From positions 1 to 63,788 of the forward strand of contig SLDA01000221.1 in the NCBI GenBank assembly GCA_007125545.1: 63,788 bases of DNA, in the 5' to 3' direction. The notes below the pieces were generated by a model, which saw only the letters and a list, made by a program, of their open reading frames with translations, had not been told where the DNA came from and made no database searches. Shown here piece by piece: positions 17,511-23,800 of this stretch. Position 1 is the stretch's first letter; the number at the start of each line of letters is the position of its first letter. This stretch comes from Thermoflexales bacterium. GTDB taxonomy: Bacteria > Chloroflexota > Anaerolineae > B4-G1 > SLSP01. The position numbers were made by a program, and so were the translations under genes.

Positions 17511-17591
17511 TGAGACCGTGGGGAACTCTGTGAGAGGCTGGTACGTCTATACAGTAAGATAACGATGGATACGGAGTATTGAGGAGGATCT

Positions 17592-18992
17592 ATGGCTTAC
17601 AGTAACTTGCTCGGCGTTAGGAAAGCGGTGTCCCTAATGCTGCTGGTATCGATTTTCGTCGCTGCGTGTGGTACCGTGCCCACCTTGCCCCCAGCAGAGA
17701 TAACACCAACCGAGGTGTCGACCCCCACACCGGTGGAGCCCGCGGTGCCTCCAACCGAAGAGCCAACGGCAACGCCTGCGGAGCCAACGCCAAGCCCTGC
17801 AGACACCGCCTATGGTGTCAAGGTCATAGCATCGGAAGTCGAGCGGGTCACGGATCCGGACGTAGGCGCTGCCGACATTGAAACATGGGCCGAAGGCCAC
17901 AATGACTTTGCATTCCGGCTGTACCAGGCCATCCGCGAGGATGAGGTTAACTTGTTTTTCTCCCCTTACAGCATCGCTGTCGCATTGGGGATGACGTATG
18001 CGGGGGCGCGCGGCGAAACCGCTGCGCAGATGGCGGAGGTCCTTGGCTTCAGACTGCCGCAGGAGAGGCTACATCCGACGATGAACGCTGTGGCGCTGAA
18101 CTTGATGGCTCAGGAAGCCCTCACGCTCACGGTCGCCAATTCGCTCTGGGCGCAGGAGGATTATGCATTCCTGGATGTCTTCCTGGACACGCTGGCGCGC
18201 AACTATGGCGCGGGAGTGAATATTGTGGACTACATCGATCCCGGCGCACGGGAAGAAGCGCGACTCGCCATCAACGCGTGGGTCGAGGACGAGACTCAGG
18301 GAAAAATAGAAGATCTCATAACAGAAGGGATGCTGACCCATCTCACACGGCTCGTGTTAGCGAACGCGATCTACTTCAAGGGGGACTGGGCACAACCTTT
18401 CCTGGATGGGACAAGCGACGACACCTTTACGCTACTCGACGGCAGTTCAGTGACAGTGCCGATGATGTCTCGACGCGCCGGCACACCACACGTCGATCGT
18501 GGCGATTATCAGGCCGTGGCATTGCCCTATACAGGTGAACGGATGCAGATGGTCGTGCTAGTTCCCACTTCCGGGAGATTTGCGGAGGTGGAGTCGCAAC
18601 TGGATGCTCGGTTTGCCCGAGATGTCATCGAGGAACTCACTCGCTCTGATGTGAAGCTCTATATGCCGAGATTCACCTTTGACGCGAATCTAGATCTGGG
18701 GGGTACGTTGGAGGCGATGGGGATGCCCGATGCCTTCGACTCCGGGCAAGCCGATTTTTCAGGCATGGACGGGACGACTCTACTGCACATATCAGATGTA
18801 GCACATAAGGCCTTCGTTGCTGTGGACGAGGAAGGCACAGAAGCAGCGGCAGCCACAGGTGTCGTCGTGGGGATCGAGTCGCTACCGGTCGAGGTGCGTG
18901 TGGACCGCCCCTTCATCTTCTTCATCTATGACACAGAGCTCGATCTGTTTATCTTCGTGGGACGGGTCCTCGACCCAACACCTGTAGAATAG
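17592..18992 (+). CDS. Serpin-family serine protease inhibitor, lipoprotein-anchored
   Basis: Lipobox VAACG plus a Pro/Thr linker. Serpin core FSPYSIAVALGMTYAGARGET, hinge/RCL EEGTEAAAATGVVVGIESLP, and the C-terminal RPFIFFI motif. Confidence 0.9.
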   Translation: MAYSNLLGVRKAVSLMLLVSIFVAACGTVPTLPPAEITPTEVSTPTPVEPAVPPTEEPTATPAEPTPSPADTAYGVKVIASEVERVTDPDVGAADIETWAEGHNDFAFRLYQAIREDEVNLFFSPYSIAVALGMTYAGARGETAAQMAEVLGFRLPQERLHPTMNAVALNLMAQEALTLTVANSLWAQEDYAFLDVFLDTLARNYGAGVNIVDYIDPGAREEARLAINAWVEDETQGKIEDLITEGMLTHLTRLVLANAIYFKGDWAQPFLDGTSDDTFTLLDGSSVTVPMMSRRAGTPHVDRGDYQAVALPYTGERMQMVVLVPTSGRFAEVESQLDARFARDVIEELTRSDVKLYMPRFTFDANLDLGGTLEAMGMPDAFDSGQADFSGMDGTTLLHISDVAHKAFVAVDEEGTEAAAATGVVVGIESLPVEVRVDRPFIFFIYDTELDLFIFVGRVLDPTPVE

Positions 18993-19000
18993 GGATACAA

Positions 19001-19033
19001 CACTGACCGGCGGGCAGAGGCCGCCGGTCAGTG
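19001..19033. terminator. Hairpin between convergent genes (candidate bidirectional terminator)
   Basis: Perfect 13-bp stem CACTGACCGGCGG / CCGCCGGTCAGTG with a 7-nt loop. No strong U-tract. Confidence 0.55.
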
Positions 19034-19045
19034 TGTACTGCTTAC

Positions 19046-20008
19046 CTACATCAGAGACTCAATTTCATCCAGCATATCACTCAAGTCATCAAGAGCGTGC
19101 GCACGCCACGCTTCATTTGCCGGCGCTTCGGGTTCCATATAGCAGCCCATCACAGCACACAGCCGTTGCATGACGGCGTAGAGCAAGAGCCGCTTGCGCT
19201 CCGGGTCCTCTCCATAGCCCGCAAGGAATCCGGCCCACCACGCCGGCTTCATCTCGCCGAAGGGCGGATAACGCAGGCAAGCGACATCGAAGGCGGCATC
19301 CCACCAAAGGAAGTCGCCGACCGAGAGGAGTTTCGCAATGTGCCACCCGTGGCTCTCGCGCTCGAGATAGATGGTCCAGGGAAACGCACTTATGTGCACG
19401 AGCGAAGGCGTGTGAGCGTTCAGATAATCCAGGTTGGTTTTCCATAGGGACACAGTACGGTCGTAGCTGTTGCGAGAGATGCGGCCTGCCTCAAGGGCAG
19501 CCCGGCCGCTGCCCTCCACAATCTCCGCCTGATACATGTACGCGGTCGGGGCGCCCCAGGGCTCATCAGGTGTGCTGCCGTTCCAGAGACCGTCGCGCGA
19601 ACTATGAACAGCGTGAATCTGCGCGTAGAGGCGACCGACGACCTCATAGATGCCAACACCTTCGTCTGGCACCTGCTGCAACAGAGAAGCCAATCGCGTG
19701 CCTCCGACCCTGGCCTGTATCACATAGGGGTGAGGCACAATGGCACAAGTGCTATCGACGGCCAGAACGCGGGGCACAACCGCCAGACCGTGCGCCTTGA
19801 GGATTTCGGCAACGTCCTGCTCTATCGCTTCACCACCCTCTAGCCAACCGGGCCGTTGGAGCGATATCTTGAAGAGCACCCTTTCATCGTTGTCGAGCGT
19901 CACATCCACGATCTGGCGCACCCAAGCTCCCCGATCGTGAAATCCTTTCACGGCGCGACCGGGGAAGTGCAGCGCAACAGCTTCTCTGATCTGAGACTCA
20001 AAGTCCAT
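19046..20008 (-). CDS. Phosphotransferase-family (APH/choline-kinase-like) protein with a possibly degenerate catalytic loop
   Basis: Kinase-like fold pattern (VLFKISL..., LSVGDFLWWDAAFDVA). Start at ATG 20008, preceded by AGGAGG. The expected H-x-D-x4-N loop reads VHISAFPWT. Confidence 0.7.
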   Translation of the reverse strand: MDFESQIREAVALHFPGRAVKGFHDRGAWVRQIVDVTLDNDERVLFKISLQRPGWLEGGEAIEQDVAEILKAHGLAVVPRVLAVDSTCAIVPHPYVIQARVGGTRLASLLQQVPDEGVGIYEVVGRLYAQIHAVHSSRDGLWNGSTPDEPWGAPTAYMYQAEIVEGSGRAALEAGRISRNSYDRTVSLWKTNLDYLNAHTPSLVHISAFPWTIYLERESHGWHIAKLLSVGDFLWWDAAFDVACLRYPPFGEMKPAWWAGFLAGYGEDPERKRLLLYAVMQRLCAVMGCYMEPEAPANEAWRAHALDDLSDMLDEIESLM

Positions 20009-20036
20009 CGCGCATCCTCCTGTGTTTATCCCATGA

Positions 20037-20064
20037 TACAACCTTGGAGAAGTGATGGAGGGTT
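20037..20064 (-). promoter_or_regulatory. Conserved 28-nt box (copy B) abutting a -10-like TATCAT, upstream of the kinase-like gene
   Basis: Plus-strand TACAACCTTGG-AGAAGTG-ATGGAGGGTT. It lies in the 66-nt gap between the MerR gene stop and the kinase-like gene start. Confidence 0.5.
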
Positions 20065-20074
20065 GGGCGCTAGA

Positions 20075-20866
20075 TCATAGCGAGCGCTCTCTGACAATCA
20101 TCGACTCCAGCAGTTCGATCATCGCATGCGTGCGCTGCTCCCAGCCGTCTAGCGTGGTAATCCAGCGGTCGGCAGCGGAGTACACATCTCCGCCGGCATC
20201 TTCCAATTCCTCGGTAGTGGGCGTGTCCAACACGTGCCGCAGGTCCGCTGACTCACCGTAATCCAAGCATAAGAGCATTCGCAAGATCGACATCGTGCTG
20301 TAGCCCGCCCGGCTCAACATGCGGATGACACGCAGCCTTCCAATCTCTGCGGCTCCATACACCCGGTACCCATTTCCCGGTTCGCGAGGCACCTGGATGA
20401 GGCTATTACGCTCCCAGTTGCGCAGCATATCCCGGCTCACGCCAAGCAGATCCGCCACCTTGCCAATGGAGATAGGCCGGGACGTCGCATCGGCGGCGGT
20501 TCCCCTAGCCCAACGTTCCAGCAGCTTGACAGCACTCTCAGCTTGGGCGCGTTCTGCCTGGACGATAGCCAGATGCCGATACGCCATCTCCAGAGCACCG
20601 CCCAGATCACCGGCAGCAGATTGCTTGGCCAACGCCACTGCTGACTGACGGATCGCTCGTCCGGGCCAAAGGCCCTCGAATGCCATACGAGCCAGGCGCA
20701 TCTGATCAATGTGAGCCTCTGTGTACTGACGGTAACCACTCACCGTACGGGGGATCTCCGGCAGCAACCCATAGCGCTCGTAGAGGCGAACTGTATTAGG
20801 ATGGACGCCGACGGCCGCCGCAACTTGGGAGGTCCTATACGTTCTACGTTTCATGGCCGGCGACAA
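20075..20866 (-). CDS. MerR-family transcriptional regulator with two tandem MerR-type HTH domains
   Basis: Two HTH segments: YRTSQVAAAVGVHPNTVRLYERYGLLP...GYRQY and ISIGKVADLLGVSRDMLRNWERNSLI...GYRVY. Confidence 0.85.
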   Translation of the reverse strand: MSPAMKRRTYRTSQVAAAVGVHPNTVRLYERYGLLPEIPRTVSGYRQYTEAHIDQMRLARMAFEGLWPGRAIRQSAVALAKQSAAGDLGGALEMAYRHLAIVQAERAQAESAVKLLERWARGTAADATSRPISIGKVADLLGVSRDMLRNWERNSLIQVPREPGNGYRVYGAAEIGRLRVIRMLSRAGYSTMSILRMLLCLDYGESADLRHVLDTPTTEELEDAGGDVYSAADRWITTLDGWEQRTHAMIELLESMIVRERSL

Positions 20867-21461
20867 GTAAGGCGTTTAGCTCCGCCCATGCAGCTTCGAC
20901 TTGAGCGCGAGTTTTCTCCAGTGAACCCTCGGTTGTGATGACCAGGTCCGCTACCGCGATCTTATCCTCCTGAGAAGGTTGTGCTCGAATACGCTGGAGG
21001 GCCGCGTCCCTGCTGAGATTGCGTCCTTGCATAAGGCGCGCGACTTGGGTTTCCTCGTCACACACTGTTACCCAGATGGCCTGGTAGTGCGCCGCCATAC
21101 CACTCTCGAGGAGCTTGATCGCTTCCACCACCACCACCGCAGCCTCACTGAGCGCAATCTGATGCTCGACAGCCTCGATGACCGCCGGATGCACCAGGGA
21201 TTCCAACTCACGCAGCGCTTGGGGATCGGAGAAGACACGGTTGCCCAATTTCCCGCGATCGATAGTGCCATCATGGCCGAGGATTTGGGGGCCGAACGCC
21301 TGTGTGACGGCTTTATAAACCTTGCCACCCGGCTCCATCATCCTATGGGCTACCTTGTCAGCGTCGATCCAGACAGCCCCTAACGCCTGCAGCATCTGCC
21401 CAACTGTCGTCTTCCCGGTCGCTATATTCCCCGTCAGTCCAATGCAATAGGGCAAACGCAT
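20844..21461 (-). CDS. coaE: Dephospho-CoA kinase
   Basis: P-loop IGLTGNIATGKTT and DADKVAH. Start placed at ATG 21461 (MRLPYCIGLTG). The 3' end overlaps the MerR gene by 23 nt. Confidence 0.9.
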   Translation of the reverse strand: MRLPYCIGLTGNIATGKTTVGQMLQALGAVWIDADKVAHRMMEPGGKVYKAVTQAFGPQILGHDGTIDRGKLGNRVFSDPQALRELESLVHPAVIEAVEHQIALSEAAVVVVEAIKLLESGMAAHYQAIWVTVCDEETQVARLMQGRNLSRDAALQRIRAQPSQEDKIAVADLVITTEGSLEKTRAQVEAAWAELNALLVAGHET

Positions 21462-21526
21462 GTAGACACCCCCTCGCGATAACACTCCAGCCGGTCACAA
21501 TCAGGTGATTCGAAGCGAATGGAGGG

Positions 21527-23437
21527 CTAGGTGACAGGTGATTTGTCCGCGACATCAGCCCATTCTTCCAGTAGGTGGTTTAGCTTCGTCTCAACCTGGC
21601 GATATTCCGCTCCAAGCTTTGCCACTCGCGAGACTTCCTGAGACCGCCCGGCCGCATTCAATGCGCTTGTCAGGTCGGCAAGGCGGAGTTCGAAACGGTG
21701 AATCTCAGTCTCCAATTCATCCAGGCGCGCCTGCTGGCGAGCCAGCGCACGCTCGCGCTCGCGTTCAGCTCGCCGTTCCGCATCTCGCTCAAGGCGAGCC
21801 ACATCTTGGACCTGCTTTGCCTTCCGTGGTGCATTGCGGCGCAGGTCGTGCCAGTCTCGATACGCTTCATACCCCTCTCTGAAGATATGAAGTTGCCCAT
21901 CAGCAATGGCCCAAACGACGGTGGCAATCTCCCGGACCAGATAACGGTCATGGCTCACCATGAGAATGGTGCCGGTGAAATTCTGCAGGACCTCTTGGAG
22001 GATCTCCTGCGAGGCGATGTCGAGATGATTCGTCGGCTCATCCAGCAGAAGGAAGTTCGCCTTTGCCAGTGACAAAATGGCTATTGCCACCCGAGCGCGC
22101 TCACCGCCGGAGAGAACCTCAACGTTTTTGAAGACGTCGTCGCCGCGAAAACCATAGCGGGCCAGGAACCCACGAGTTTCGGCAACCGAATCCATACCTG
22201 CGTCCAGTAACGTATCCAGAACTGAGCGTCCTGGGACCAATTGATCCTGTATCTGAGCGAAATACCCAATACGCACGCCAGATCCCATTCGAACGCGTCC
22301 GGTGAGGGGATTCAGGCGGTGTAAGATCGTACGCAACAGCGTTGTCTTGCCGGAGCCATTAGCCCCCATCAATGCGACCCGCTGGCCGCGCCGAATCTCG
22401 GCTTCATCGACCTCTACAAGCGGTTTCTCAGGTTCGTACCCGACGCTGAGGTCATGTAAGCCCAGAACCAGATCGCCACTGCGCAGGGTAGACCGGAGAT
22501 CGACATGAATCTGTTGAGCTTCTTGGGGCCGTTCCACCCGCTCCAAGCGTTCCAGCCGCTTGAGCCGTCCCCGCGCCTGTGAAGAGCGCTGCCCTGCCAT
22601 ATAGCGCCGAATGTAATCCTCAGTCTCCTCTATGTGCCGCTTTTGGGCATCATACTCGGCAATCTGGCGTTGGCGCCGTTCCTGGCGTTGAGCAGCATAG
22701 GAGCTATAGTTACCCGGATAGTCATCCAGCGTTCCGTGAGCCATTTCCAGCACGCGGGTGGCCATCGCATCGAGAAAAGTACGGTCGTGTGCCACGACGA
22801 TCATCCCGCCGTTCCAGCCCTTCAGCTGATCCTCCAGCCACTCAATCCCCTCAAGATCCAGGTGATTGGTCGGCTCGTCCAGTAGCAAAATCTCCGGCTC
22901 CTCCAGCAACAGACGTGCCAGAAGGGCACGCGTCTTCTCGCCCCCGCTGAGGTGAGTCACGGGCTGGTGCATCTCGAACTCTTCGAATCCCAGGCCACTC
23001 AACACCTGCCCGATACGCGCTTGATAGGTAAAGCCACCGGCACGTTCGAATGCCTCTAGCTGGCGACCATAACGGGCGATGGCCCGCTCGCGTTCCTCCT
23101 CGTCCGGAGTGGCCATCAGCGCTTCCAGACGACGTAGTTCTACCTGTTGTCTCTCCAGATCGGCAAAGACAGCTTCCATTGCCTCCCACAGGCTAGCCGT
23201 ACTGTTGAAGTCCGGTTCCTGCGGCAGATATCCCAGGCGAGCATCGCGCGTCTTCGTCACAGTGCCCCCATCGGGCTCAAGTTTACCGGCAAGGATGTCA
23301 AGCAGCGTGCTCTTGCCGCAGCCGTTGGGTCCTACAAGCGCAACCCGCTCTCCCGCGTGCAACTGGAAGGAGAGCTCGGAGAAGATATCGTCCGCTCCGT
23401 AGTACTTTGTCAGATTGTGTGCTGCTAGAAGAGCCAT
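21527..23437 (-). CDS. ABC-F family ATPase (two ABC domains, no TM domain, Arg/Glu-rich coiled-coil C-terminus)
   Basis: Walker A GPNGCGKST and GANGSGKTT; signatures LSGGEKTR and LSGGERAR; inter-domain linker; 636 aa. Confidence 0.9.
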   Translation of the reverse strand: MALLAAHNLTKYYGADDIFSELSFQLHAGERVALVGPNGCGKSTLLDILAGKLEPDGGTVTKTRDARLGYLPQEPDFNSTASLWEAMEAVFADLERQQVELRRLEALMATPDEEERERAIARYGRQLEAFERAGGFTYQARIGQVLSGLGFEEFEMHQPVTHLSGGEKTRALLARLLLEEPEILLLDEPTNHLDLEGIEWLEDQLKGWNGGMIVVAHDRTFLDAMATRVLEMAHGTLDDYPGNYSSYAAQRQERRQRQIAEYDAQKRHIEETEDYIRRYMAGQRSSQARGRLKRLERLERVERPQEAQQIHVDLRSTLRSGDLVLGLHDLSVGYEPEKPLVEVDEAEIRRGQRVALMGANGSGKTTLLRTILHRLNPLTGRVRMGSGVRIGYFAQIQDQLVPGRSVLDTLLDAGMDSVAETRGFLARYGFRGDDVFKNVEVLSGGERARVAIAILSLAKANFLLLDEPTNHLDIASQEILQEVLQNFTGTILMVSHDRYLVREIATVVWAIADGQLHIFREGYEAYRDWHDLRRNAPRKAKQVQDVARLERDAERRAERERERALARQQARLDELETEIHRFELRLADLTSALNAAGRSQEVSRVAKLGAEYRQVETKLNHLLEEWADVADKSPVT

Positions 23438-23446
23438 AATGCCAAA

Positions 23447-23455
23447 ATTATACCA
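23447..23455 (-). promoter_or_regulatory. Extended -10 element (TGGTATAAT) only 9 nt upstream of the ABC-F ATG
   Basis: The minus strand reads TGGTATAAT-TTTGGCATT-ATG. No Shine-Dalgarno can fit, which implies a leaderless or near-leaderless mRNA. Confidence 0.5.
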
Positions 23456-23653
23456 GAATTCGCACCCGCGACCGCTTCTGGACGCTCCGGTAGCCTCCTA
23501 GGGCAGTTGGCATGATCATGTCATAAATTGGTGGAAAAAGGCAATCGGTACTCCTTCAACCGGATCGTGCTCCTTCTTCAAGCGTAGATGTTTACAAAAC
23601 GTCAGCTGGGACGGCGAAAGGAGCACCCGTACAGGGATGTATCATCCTTGCGT

Positions 23654-23681
23654 TTGTCGAGGCACTGTTCAACAGTATAAT
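23654..23681 (+). promoter_or_regulatory. Sigma70-like promoter upstream of the Ser/Thr kinase gene
   Basis: TTGTCG, 16-nt spacer, TATAAT. About 120 nt upstream of the GTG start at 23801. Confidence 0.5.
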
Positions 23682-23800
23682 GGGGTCGCCATGCCATCAC
23701 ATAGGCTTATCAAAAGCTGCCGGACACTCCATCACCAGCGTCCGAAAAATCCGGACGAACTCACGATCGGCTCTATGCCGGGGGCTTTACAAGGATAAAC

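Noticed and set aside
21527-23437. Calling the ABC-F protein an antibiotic-resistance (ARE) factor because of the nearby MerR/APH-like/exporter genes
   Set aside because: ARE and housekeeping ABC-F subfamilies (EttA/Uup/YbiT/YheS-like) cannot be separated without linker-level phylogeny. The context is suggestive, but the 28-nt box is not upstream of this gene.
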